The translations under genes and the position numbers were made by a program. A model generated the notes under the pieces. That model made no database searches. It saw nothing but the letters and a program-made list of their open reading frames with translations, and was not told the DNA's origin. From positions 7,191,260-7,255,259 of the forward strand of contig MU058844.1 of NCBI GenBank assembly GCA_013265495.1: 64,000 nt of DNA, written 5' to 3'. This DNA is from Vicugna vicugna (Eukaryota). How positions within the stretch are numbered: position 1 is the stretch's first letter; every line of letters begins with the position of its first letter. This document shows positions 39,038-50,110 of this stretch, in pieces.

Positions 39038-40389
39038 CTATACATCATTTTAATACAGTAATCATTATTATTGCTTTACTCATTCCTAGTGGGTGTGAGA
39101 TTTCTCCCCTCATTTCATTTGAAGCAGGATATACACATAACCCCAAGGACCCACTGAGGACCTTTCAATTTTTCAAAGAAATAAGTTTCTGACAGTCTCT
39201 TTTTCAAACCCAGTTGAACATTTAGTTCAAATATTACTGTGGTTCTTTTATTTCAGTAAAATCTTTTGGAAAGGGCCAAGGTAGATGATCAAGTGCAATT
39301 CTCCCTAAGGGCGTCACAGTACGAGAAATGTATTTGTTTTCTGGATTTGTGACAAGTAGCAAACTCAGTTTATACATACAGATTGCACCTAGGTATTAGT
39401 GACATTCTATCACATCAAATCACATAGTTTCCACTGAATTTTAGGGTGTCTGATTTTCATTCTTCTGTGGTTGTTTTTATACACTGAAGACAATTGGTTT
39501 TGTTACACTGAAATAAAATTCACAGCAAAACGTGAATTCCACCCAGCCCTTTAACATGTCCATCCCTGTTTAGTCATGGGTGTCTGAAGAGGCAAAAAGG
39601 GCAGACTTTCTTTTCACCTTCAGAGAAAAAATGGTACATCTGCTCCCTTTTTATTTTCTTTTTTGTCCTCTATGGCAGGAGAATCTATCCCAAAACACTA
39701 ACCAATTGACCACCTTCTATAAAGTTTTATGGAGAATTAAGCACAGCTGAAATCAATGGAAAGTTTCTCCTGCAGGGTTTCTCAGGATTTGATTCTTCAG
39801 TCATCGATTTTGCCAGGAAATCTCAATTATGGTTTGGGCTCTGCTGGAGGGTGTGCCTCCCTGTGAAGAGGATCTCTTGCAACGGGGATGAAGACCCTCC
39901 CTGCTGGACTGGTTCTGGAGTAACTCAGAGGATAGATAGATGATGTGGTCTCAGGAACTTCCGTCCAGATAGGAAGAGGAGGGATTTTGCAGCCACTGCC
40001 AGCTCTTAATTCGAAACAGGTGCACTGAGTCTTTTATCAGCAGCTCAGTTTCTGCCCTTCTTTACATTTAAGTGGTATGTCAGTGTTTGACAATCAGATG
40101 AAAAAAGCAGATAGATGACTATGATAGAATGGAGGATGAAATGATGAAAAAAATACTTCCCAGGAATAAAATCTTGGATTCAGAAACACATACAGTGGAG
40201 TCTCTTTATGAGTTTATACAAGTTATTCATTTGTCAGAAGGAAATAAATTACCCATAATTATACTAAATAAGCCGACTATCTAGGCAGTGAACACATTCA
40301 GGTCTGAAACAGTCATTGACAGAATTCACTGAAAGGATATACAGATTTTTTTTACTTGTCCTCAAAGACTGACAAATATCTGGTTCTAT

Positions 40390-40615
40390 AAAAGAGTAGC
40401 TGAGCTTGTGGGCACTGGAGCCAGGTGGAGTGGGTGCAAATCCTGATCTGCCTACTTAATAGTTGCATGATAGTGGTCATGTCTCTTAAACCTTTGTGGT
40501 CACAGAGTCCTCATTTTCCAAAATTGGAAATGTAACTAACACTTTCCTCATGGAATTGTTGTGAGGATTAAGAGTGTTTGAATAGACCTAAAGTGTGGTC
40601 TGCATTAGCTATTAC
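40390..40615 (+). mobile_element. MIR SINE
   Basis: ctggagccagg...gggtgcaaatcctgatctgcctacttaatagttg...gtcctcattttccaaaattgga...cctcatggaattgttgtgaggattaa. Confidence 0.85.
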
Positions 40616-40659
40616 TTTGGTTGATATAATTATGTTCACCTTTGAAATTAATGAGATTA

Positions 40660-40970
40660 GCACGTGGCATGGATGATCATGTCCTCTTAGAAATGCTTAT
40701 TTTCATTTGGCATCTGAACCACCACATTTCTTACTTTTTTCTGTCTCGCTGTTCTTTTCCAGTGTCCTTTACCATCTCCAGGGCTTCTAAATTTCGACAT
40801 GCCTCAGGGATTGTCATTTGGACCTCTTTTATATCTATATTTACTCCCTTAGTAATTGACGGATGACTTTAAATTCCCTCTATATGCTGACAATTCCCAA
40901 ATATATCTCGTCAGCCCGTACGTATTTCCTAAACTCTGGGAAATAGTTTATATCAACATCCCTGCTGGAA
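40660..40970 (+). mobile_element. L2 reverse-transcriptase-region relic
   Basis: cct cag gga (PQG) at 40802-40810 followed by gga cct ctt (GPL), and tat gct gac aat tcc caa (YADNSQ, a decayed YADD motif) at 40883-40900. Confidence 0.8.
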
Positions 40971-40979
40971 CCTGTACAA

Positions 40980-41085
40980 GGCAGGAGCTAAGACAGGTTT
41001 TATGGGACCTAAAACTTACATAATTGGGGGGAACTTTTAGAAAAATAACAGTGTAATATAAATACAAAATTAGGCCTAAAAGTGA
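40980..41085. mobile_element. hAT-Tip100 (Zaphod/MER115-like) terminal fragment
   Basis: caggttttatgggacctaaaacttacataattggggggaacttttagaaaaata...aatacaaaattaggcctaaaagtga resembles the recalled Zaphod-type end. Confidence 0.55.
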
Positions 41086-42009
41086 TTTTTTTTCCTCTCA
41101 TGTGCTGTAGAGATTCACACCACTGTCTTCCATGATGGCATTTACCATAGCTGCTAATAGTGCAATGCTTTCTTTCTGCAACTTGACTTGTCCTCCTCAC
41201 TTAGAACATTGCAATCCCCCAGTACTCCAGCAGTCATTGAAATCTGTACAAGAGAAGTGCTAGGGTTCATCCTTCACTAGTTAGATAGTAAGTTTGCCTC
41301 GGCAGGAGGGTATTTGCATTGATTCTAATATATTTCTTCCTCCTGTTATTTAGAGAAGTTGGAAAATTTGAAGCCAGAATTCTGGATATAATGTTTTTGT
41401 CTTCTGACAATTCGATGCATTTTCACAAGTCTTAGAAGAGGAAAGTAGCACGAAAATTTTCCTGCGAATCTTGGCTGTTGCTTCTAGCAGTCAGGGTCGT
41501 GAGAACACAGGAGGCTCTGCTGAAGAGCTTTCCAATGTTCATTCTCGGGGTTTCGGGTTGAGAAGAAGCAGTGGTCACAGCAGAGGGAAGGACTTCAGAC
41601 ACAGTTGTTGGATGTGAATCGATAGGATTTTTGTTTGTTTATTTTTGCTTCTCAGATAAAACCAGTGGAGAATGTAAGGTATCAAAAAAGAAATGTAGAT
41701 GGAATGATAATGAGTCAAAGCCCTTATGTCTCAACATGCCAAAAGAGGAACGAGAGTATCCAGTTTCCTATGTATGCCATGAAGAGATCTGAGAAAACCC
41801 AGTCTTTCCACAGCCCAGCATGGGCCAACTGTAACAAAAGTGACTCCTATTCTTAAGAAAAACCTATAAGCATTTGAAAAAGAGTACCAAATTTTAAAAG
41901 GCCATGAGATTGAAAGTAAGAGATATTTAACAGTGAACTGCATAGATCACGTAAGAATATGGCACACTTAGTAGAAGCCAGTGTGGAAGGAGGATGTCCC
42001 AGACAGAAT

Positions 42010-42180
42010 ATCCCGCTATAATCTTACTAAGCATTACCCAGGAGAAACAAAAACTTACATCCATCCACAGAAAGTCTTATAGACAGATGTTCCGAACAGT
42101 TTGACTCACTATAGCCCAAAACTGGAAAAACTTTAAATGTCCTAAAATAATAGAAAAACAATGCTTTATGTTCCCACTGT
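42010..42180 (+). mobile_element. Old L1M 3' fragment
   Basis: ttacccaggagaaacaaaaacttacatcc...cacagaaagtcttatagacagatgttc...atagcccaaaactggaaaaactttaaatgtcc. Confidence 0.7.
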
Positions 42181-42189
42181 GGTTTAAAA

Positions 42190-42403
42190 AGTTCTCATCT
42201 GGGGCAATGTTGTCCTCCTGGAGAAGATCAGTAAGATGCAGAGACACTTGACTGTCGTGATTGAGGTGGATAGTGGTATTAGCTTCTAGTGAGGACAAGC
42301 TAGAGATGTTTTTAAACATCCTACAATGCACAGGGCACTATGCACTTTATTAAAAAAAAATCACCCAGTGTAAAATATCAACAGTGCTGAACCTGAGAAA
42401 CCT
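42190..42403 (+). mobile_element. MER20-like hAT-Charlie element
   Basis: gttctcatctggggcaatgttgtcctcc...taaacatcctacaatgcacagg...aaaatatcaacagtgctgaacctgagaaacct. Confidence 0.85.
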
Positions 42404-44057
42404 AGAACATGAAGAGCACCAGGAATCCAAATTGCAGAAATGAAATGACAGTCTCAGAAAATCAGATATTTAGTGTATAAATTCTTAAATGGTACCAGTT
42501 TTATTAAGTAGATGATAGAGCTTTCGCTGTTTACTTTAAGATCTAAAGTTCTTTTCTGCTTTTTTGGAAAGGACAGATTCACCAGATTGTCTCTTGGGAA
42601 AATAAATGTTCTTCCTAAATGGGAAAGTAAATTCTTTCTAACTCTCAAACACTTTGCTTGTCTTCTCATTATATAACTAATCCTTTTATGCTTAACTGAG
42701 CTGCCAAGCAGTCGTTTTGGGGGCTTCTATTTTAAATGAGTAAATATTTCTGGATAACAATGTACACTGTACCAAACAATAGAGAAAAATCAATGTGTCT
42801 GTTTTACTTGTCAACTTAGACTCTAACTAGACCCTAATTTTCCCTCTTTATGTTTGTCTTTTCAATTCTAAATAACTTTCCATTAGTTGTTTTTCTTCTC
42901 TCTTAAGATACTAGATTTCAGAGTATATCTCACATTTATGTCACTGATACCTAAAGTACTAAAATACAGGCACCAGTCACAGTTACTGTAAGTCATCAAT
43001 AGCCTAATTTAACTGCTCTGCAGAAGAAAATAAGAAGCTTGTTGTAAAAGTATCTACCCACCAAAGTGAAATGGAAAGTTAATGGTCTAAACATCAATTT
43101 AAATCCATAGAAAAATGTATTATAGCATTCAAACAAAATTATAGTTTTTAGCCCTTCATGAAAATTATTTATCATTTTAAAATGATTCATTTTGTCATGA
43201 ACTGGTGAGCTTGTGCTCTCTGGAATGTTTTTTCTTAAGTTACACATACAGAATGTCACTACATTGGTCTTGTGGCTATCAAATATGCAAACATTTCAGA
43301 AAGGAGATTCCTGTATACAGATCCTTTGTAGGAAGTACTTTTCAAACATAGCCAACAACTTTTATTTGAACAGGTGTTTAAAGTTTTCCATGCAACCTTT
43401 GCCTCCTGATTTCTGCAAATACCTACATCATTTCCAGACCTTCATTGTAATTACAAACATGTTCATTTAAAAAGTATACTCTTCAAATAATAAGTTGTTC
43501 TTAAGTGTTAAAAGGCCACAATGAACTGGTCTAGCTTACTATTACAATATTAAAATATTATTATAATTCTTGATGTAGACACCTTTAATACCCTGGAAAA
43601 GGATTTCACTTTTCAAGTTAACAGCTAGCATTTCTTTAGGGATTTTGAAATAAAAATACTCTATTAATTTCAACTCTACACAAAGGTCAATTCTATGCAA
43701 TTTAACATAATCAGAGATGTCTATCTCATAAATCGGTAACACATTTTCTTAAGAGAAAATATGGACAAAGCCTCAGTGAACTAAGTTAAACATAAATACT
43801 CTTCTGTGCTTTCAAATTTCCCAGTTCAGAATAGAAATGTTAAAAATTATTTCACAGCTTCAGTGCCTTTTTCAATGTTTCCTCCTTTTTCTTCTCTTGC
43901 TGTTCTAAATATTTGGACCTTAAGCAACTTACATTTTTTTCTCACTAAATGGTAAACATAAGTTATGGAACATATTGATGATCATTATATAGATATCAAA
44001 CAAAATTAAACTCCAGTAATTGAATTGCACATGGGAAGACTGGAAGATGAAACAGGG

Positions 44058-44269
44058 ACTAATGTTTACCTGATGCCTAATCATTGCCAGGAGTTTTGCA
44101 AGCCATGTAGACATGCCTAAAAATGACAGTTTTATAGCTGCATTGTTATCCCCATGTTTAGATGAGAAGTCTGGGATTCAGAGAGATTAGGTACTTTCTC
44201 AATCCACACAGTTAGTTAAAGTCTACTAAAGATTTTATCTAAGTTTGTCTGACTCCAAAATCTTAACAC
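44058..44269 (-). mobile_element. MIR SINE, interrupted at its end by an L1
   Basis: tatccccatgtttagatgagaagtctgggattcagagagattaggtactttctcaatccacacag...gtctgactccaaa. Confidence 0.85.
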
Positions 44270-45364
44270 TTTTTTTTTGGTTTTCTGTGATAGAGATTTT
44301 TATTTATTTCTTCTTAAAACCACTTTATAGATGTATGATTGACATACAAAAAGAACAAAAAGCTGTACATTTTTAATGCACACAACTTGATGAGTTTGGG
44401 AAGAAGTATATACATCTGTGAAATCATCACCACAATCTATGCCATTGATATATCCATCACCTCCAAAAGTTTTTTCCTGTCTTCTTTATTATTATTATTA
44501 CTTTTTTTGATAAGAATACTTAACATAAGATCTATCCTCTTAACCATATTTTAAGTATACAGTACTTTTGTTAACTAGAGGCACTATGCTCTACAGCAGA
44601 TCTCTAGAACTTATTCATTTTGCATAATTGAAACTTTGTACCCTTTGACTAGCACCTCCCCACTTCCCCTCCCCCCAGACCCTGGCAACTACCATTTTAC
44701 TCTCCACTTCTAAGAGTTTGACTATTTTATATTTCTCATATAAATGGTATCATGCAGTCCAAAATATATAGAGAACTTCTACAACTCAGTAGCAGAAAAA
44801 CAAACCAACCAACAACAATAAAAACAAAGCCAAAACTCTATTAAAGAATGGGGAATTAACTGAATCAATATTTCTCCCAAGAAAACATTAAAATGGCCCA
44901 CAGGTATATGAAAAGATTCTCAACATCATTAATCATCAGGGAGAGACAAACAAAAACCATGATAATCTATCACCTTAAACTAGATAAAATGGCTATTATA
45001 AAAAAAAATTACAATTGTTGGTGAGGATGTAGAGAAAAGGAAACCCTTATGCACTATGGAAAACAGTATGAAGATTCCTCAGAAAATTAAAAACAGAACT
45101 ACAATATGATCCAGCAATCCTACTTCTGGATCTCTATCCAATGGAATGAATTCAGCATATCAAAGAGATATCTGTACCCCCATGTTTATCACAGCATTAT
45201 TCACGATAGGCAAGATATAGAAGCAACCTAAATGTCCACCTGTGCACAAATGGATTAAAAAAATTTGACACACAGTGGAACATTATTCAGCCTTAATAAC
45301 AGAAGGCAATTCTGCCATTTTTGGCAACATGGATGACCCTGGAGACCATTATGCCAAGCAAAAT
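44270..45364 (-). mobile_element. L1MA-type insertion with 5' inversion (44270-44757 antisense 3' end; 44758-45364 inverted ORF2-end piece)
   Basis: A T-run at 44270-44278, then the antisense L1MA 3'UTR (cagcagatctctagaacttattcat, ccctggcaactaccattttactctc), then sense-strand L1 from tccaaaatatatagagaact to cattatgccaagcaaaat. Confidence 0.9.
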
Positions 45365-45519
45365 CTGACTCTTAACTGCTCATTAGAATATAGTATTGGA
45401 CTTGGATTTAGAAGATAGTATTAGTGTTACTTGTAATAGTAGTCAACCTGAGAGTAGTGATAGTAGTGGCAGTAGTGATTGACAAAGGAGAGAAAAAGGA
45501 GACAGAGTATAAGACAAAG

Positions 45520-45745
45520 GTAAAATTTATTAAGCATTTGCTATATGCTAAGGACTTTGAATGGATTGCTTCCTTTAGTCCTCAAAACACTGACATTCAG
45601 TGGACAGTGCTTTTTTGCATATTTAATAGATAAAAAAACCTTAAGGGGTCTTTGATTAATTGTCCAAGTAGCACAACTAGTGAGTTACTTAGTTCATACT
45701 GAAATTGCAGGAATCTAATTTTATAACCACTATTATTACCACTTG
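45520..45745 (-). mobile_element. MIR SINE
   Basis: atttattaagcatttgctatatgctaagg...tcctttagtcctcaaaacac...taattgtccaagtagcacaactagtgagt. Confidence 0.75.
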
Positions 45746-45819
45746 ACTGATAATTTATTATGGCTCATGATATCACAAGTGAAAAATGTATAACAAGCAA
45801 CTAAGTAATTCCCCTCTGA

Positions 45820-46085
45820 TACAGAATGAGAGAAGAAATGGAATGATAAGAAGGATCTTCAGTGAGCAAAAGTAGGATAAAAAATTATATTTACAGTATA
45901 ATAACTATATTCAAAATCTTTGCAAGGGAAAAGAATAAAGGTTGTAAATAACTGTTACTGATCATTTTCTCTGTGTTGTGGAATTACTACTACTGTGTTG
46001 TTTTTATTGTCATTTGTTTTTGCTTTCTGTATTTTCCAAAGTTTCATCAATTACAATGTATAAATTTAATATTTTCATTTGACAA
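45820..46085 (+). mobile_element. Old L1ME-like 3' end
   Basis: cagtgagcaaaagtaggataaaaaattatatttacagtataataactat...tgctttctgtattttccaaagttt. Confidence 0.5.
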
Positions 46086-46754
46086 TAAACAGCATTTTAA
46101 TAGTTTTTTAAAATCAGAAACTGATGGAGAAAAATATTTAATGATTTCTCCATATCATCTACATTTTAGACTAAGAATAAAATCAGGATAACTACTGTGA
46201 GAGGATTATTACTTCTGTGCTTAGAGCAGGTAAACACAAAATATAAATAGGAAAAGACTTTTGTAAGCTCCAAAGAGTGAATTTCTATGCGTATTTAATA
46301 ACTGAATGAATTATTTTGTTTTTATGTGGGCAGAAGCAAAAATAGTTACAGATTTTCCATCTTTAACTTTCAAGCTAAATGTTAGAGTTGAAAGGATTTT
46401 GTAATTTGTCCTGTTGTATATAAAAACTGTGATTTTCCACAGAAATTTACAATCAGCATATTCCATAGAGTTCTTCTTGTCTAAAGAAATAACTGAATGG
46501 TGGTAGCTATAGGGTGCTTTGAATCAAAAGATCAGTCTTTGTAATAAAGATATTCATAGCATGGATTAATTTAAATAAAGCATGGATTGGAGAATTATTA
46601 ATGAACAAGAGAGGTATATTCCACCTATATTTTAGTTTTAGTCAGGGACTATATAAAAAATAAATATAGTAGTAGAGGAATGAAAGAAAGACTACCTCTA
46701 AGAAATACAGTTGAAAAATAATGTGATATAACTTGAGACAAGATTTGTGGGTTA

Positions 46755-46956
46755 GCAGACATTTGGTTCTGTCGAAAACATCCGTAAGATATTGGTCCAT
46801 AAGACAATTGTTTTTTCTTAAGACATTTGATCCATACCAAAAGATCCTTGAAATTTGATCCTGTCCAAAATGTCCATGAGCATATTTGGTCTATGACAAA
46901 TGGTTTTGGACAGGACCAAATATCAAGGACATTTTGGACAGGACCAAATGTTCTGC
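46755..46956. repeat. Fold-back structure built from a degenerate 28-bp unit (MITE-like)
   Basis: Forward copies of ATTTGGTCCTGTCCAAAATGTCCTTGAT start at 46761, 46825 and 46853 (partial copies at ~46790 and 46884). Reverse-complement copies lie at 46904-46921 and 46922-46949. The ends gcagacatttggt / accaaatgttctgc are near-inverted. Confidence 0.8.
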
Positions 46957-49309
46957 AGGGGGTCTGTGGAGAAGCAGTTTAGTTTTAACCTCAGTTACAC
47001 ATAATATCTGTTCGAAACATGATTTTCCAGGATTTAGAAACATTTCTGAATGGGATATTTTTATGACAGTACATCTTCAACATTGGAATCAAAAGAATTG
47101 TAAATCACAATTAAAGAGAAAAAAGCTATTTGTAAGTGTTAGAATTTCTTCTTTGTTTCAAAATAGGTGACATCTCAAAGACTTGAATCTTGAAAGAGCT
47201 GACTTTTTTGGACATCTAATTTATGAACTAATTTCTTTTTGCTAATCTTTAGAAATGTTGAGACTTTGGATTATTCAGAGATGCAATATGAAAACTAGTA
47301 CAGAAATAATATGCTGAGGAAAAACTGGGATACTAAATAAATTGTTCAGCCACCATCACCCTCTCTATGCGTGTCATTTTATTTTACTTTCAGTTAAGAT
47401 TTTAAAATGGGAAATGTTTACTATATAAAAAACACAGTTTAGTCATTTTAAAGATATTACTATTTTCACTAAAGTTAATAACTCTTATTAATGCTTTTAT
47501 AATAAAATAACTTATCTGCAAGGAGCCATGTAAATTTCAGCTAGCTAAATTGAGCTGTCAAATGAAAAGAATACATATTCAATCATTAAAAATTTGAGAA
47601 TCTACTACATGTGTATCATACGTAATGTAACCTCAGACTACATAACTTCATAAGGAAATATGAAAAAATTACAGTGCAATAAAACCATCCTTTTATTAAA
47701 ATTATCTCTGTTTTATATTTATGATGTGACTTCCCAGTAAATTACATAATTTGGCTGGTATTTTACTCAAGTTTATTTAATGATTTAAATCAGTATTATA
47801 ACCTTGATCAAATATTCTTTAACAAATTTCTAAAATAGTTTTTTCATTAACCTGGAACCATTCTAAACTGATTTTTTAGACCCCAGAATTGATAGAATAT
47901 TGAAGAAGTAAGTATGAGGGAAAATGGCAAGTGTTTTCAAAAAGGAACTATAAGGAGAAAAATAAAAAATCAAAAAGAGGTGTAAAATGTCCCTTACACT
48001 AGCCTTTTGACTGCCCAAACTTTTCCACTGAAGAATACATTTAGTAACTACAAAGCTATCAAAGAGTATCCTTCACCTATTTACCACTTTCTAAACTTCA
48101 TCTCCACTATGTTCATTATCCTCTTTCCCTTAGAAATTTGCAACTTGGACAATTTAGATCTCACTAGTTAAAAGTTTTCAAAATACTGTCTCAATAATTT
48201 AAAGTCTTTGCTTTCTGGAAAGTAATCTAATTAACTTTTTTTCTTCTTTTAGGATCAGTACTTTAAGTCCATTTCCAGCTCTTCTGCCTGGCTTGTTTCT
48301 ATGCCAGTTTTCTAATTTGATGAGTCAGTGCTCTGTCAATCTCTTTAATTTTATAAAAACATTATGAAATTTTAACTCTTAACCTCTTTAATGGGATCTT
48401 TGTCAATTCAAATTGTGGGCCCTTTGGCACTCAACAGTTTCCATCAGACATTGCATTTTAAAACTGTTTTGCCACATTTCAAAACATGAATGCCAAATAA
48501 AATACTGCAGGAATCCAGCTAAGAATGTGGAGTTTAGATCAATTTTTCGTAAAAACAAAAGCCAAGTCTCTATTGCCATGTAGTGATGAGTTTTACACTT
48601 GGGAAACTCCCCAAAATTTTGATAGTTATAGCTTTGTGTATTATATTTTTACTGATATAAAAGTTTTTAAGAATAATAATAATCATCAAATTGAGATGAG
48701 GAATCTTGCTAAAACATTTTCATGAAAAAATTTCTAGGAAATAACTTCCTAAGATAAATAAGGAAAGCAAAAATATTTGCAAGGTTTGATTTACATTATG
48801 TTCATGAGTGGCAGCAATGACTTTTTTTTAGTATGTTTGACATAACAGTAACAAAAGTATAGCATTAGAAAATGGACATTATGAGGGAAGAGCTTACTAA
48901 TGTTTGCTACTATTTTTATTCATCTTATCTAATATATATTTGAGTCATCTTTAATTAACACTTTTATGGCTTATTCAGTTATTTTTAAATATCTTGAATA
49001 AATGTAATATAAAGAAACAATGTAAATTTCTTATTGAATTAAATAAGAAGGTTTCCTTTCTTCTTTCTGTGTCAGCACATTTAAACAGCAAAAAAATGTC
49101 TATTGTAACATAATCCAACTGGGGATTGTATTCAGAGAAAAATCTAGAAAACAAGGTATTCCAATGTGTAATATTGATATAATAATATTCAATAAAATAT
49201 GGATATGATAGAATATGAACAAGGATTATTCAATAAGAAATATTTTTTGGGGGGAAAACATATACTTGTCTTCATATGTATTTCAAAGTGATTAACTTGA
49301 GCTGTTTTT

Positions 49310-49465
49310 ATTCTTTGGTAGGCAGTTGTATTATCTCCATTTATAGCTGAATAAACAGAGATACAGAAAACTTAAGTAACTTGTCTGAGATCACCTAACT
49401 TCTGAAGGGCACCACAGGTTCATAGGTTGGCTAATTCTAGTGACAATGCTTTTATCCACTGCACA
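49310..49465 (-). mobile_element. MIR SINE
   Basis: tattatctccatttatagctgaataaacagagatacagaaaacttaagtaacttgtctgagatcacctaact. Confidence 0.8.
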
Positions 49466-49649
49466 GTTTCTTGTATGGTCCCCAGATATAAGCATTTTAG
49501 CAGAGTTGTTCAGTTTTTATCAAGTATGTTTATGTGGCCAAATGCTTGCTTTTCACGTATACATATATCATAATAACACCCAATCACTTCAAGTAATATC
49601 AGGATATTGGCGTTTTTTATCCAAGGATAAAATCTTTACTCAGCTACAA

Positions 49650-50110
49650 AAAATATAAATATTGGAAAACAAAATAAAGAACACTGAACAAATAAGTATT
49701 CTAGAATAGAGAACAGGTTATGATGGAATAGATAGTAATCAAAGAAGAGATAGAAGATACTTCCCCTACTGTCTCACTGTCTGAATAACAAGCAAAATCT
49801 ACAAAATTCAACCTCTCTCAGGAAACATCCTCATATTTTGAGTTTATTTTGAGAACAAGTAAGGTGACTAAAGCGTATAAGGGGAAAACAAAAAATTTTT
49901 TAAAAAATTTCAAAGTGGAATAATGTGAGGGGCTTAACATTAGTTCTAAGTGATTAAAAATATCTATTTAGTAATAAAGATTTAAGGAAAAAATACTCCA
50001 AGAATTTTAACCAGGTATACATTTATCCTTGTGTAAGAGCAAAAGAGACAAAATATCAGATATATAAGGATAGAAGAAATAAAAAGTCTTACTTAAAGCA
50101 AGAGTTCAGT
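49650..50110 (+). mobile_element. Possible HAL1/L1 ORF1-like relic
   Basis: A-rich strand with ccaagaattttaaccagg...tttatccttgtgtaagagcaaaagagacaaaatatcagatatataagga, similar to the ORF1 C-terminal region. Confidence 0.3.

Noticed and set aside
41656..41673. Plus-strand micro-exon after the strong tract ttttgtttgtttatttttgcttctcag
   Set aside because: The donor is weak (aat|gtaagg), and T-rich tracts are ubiquitous here.
46755..46956. CRISPR-like interpretation of the 28-bp repeats
   Set aside because: The units are adjacent or inverted with no unique spacers, there are no cas genes, and the context is mammalian.
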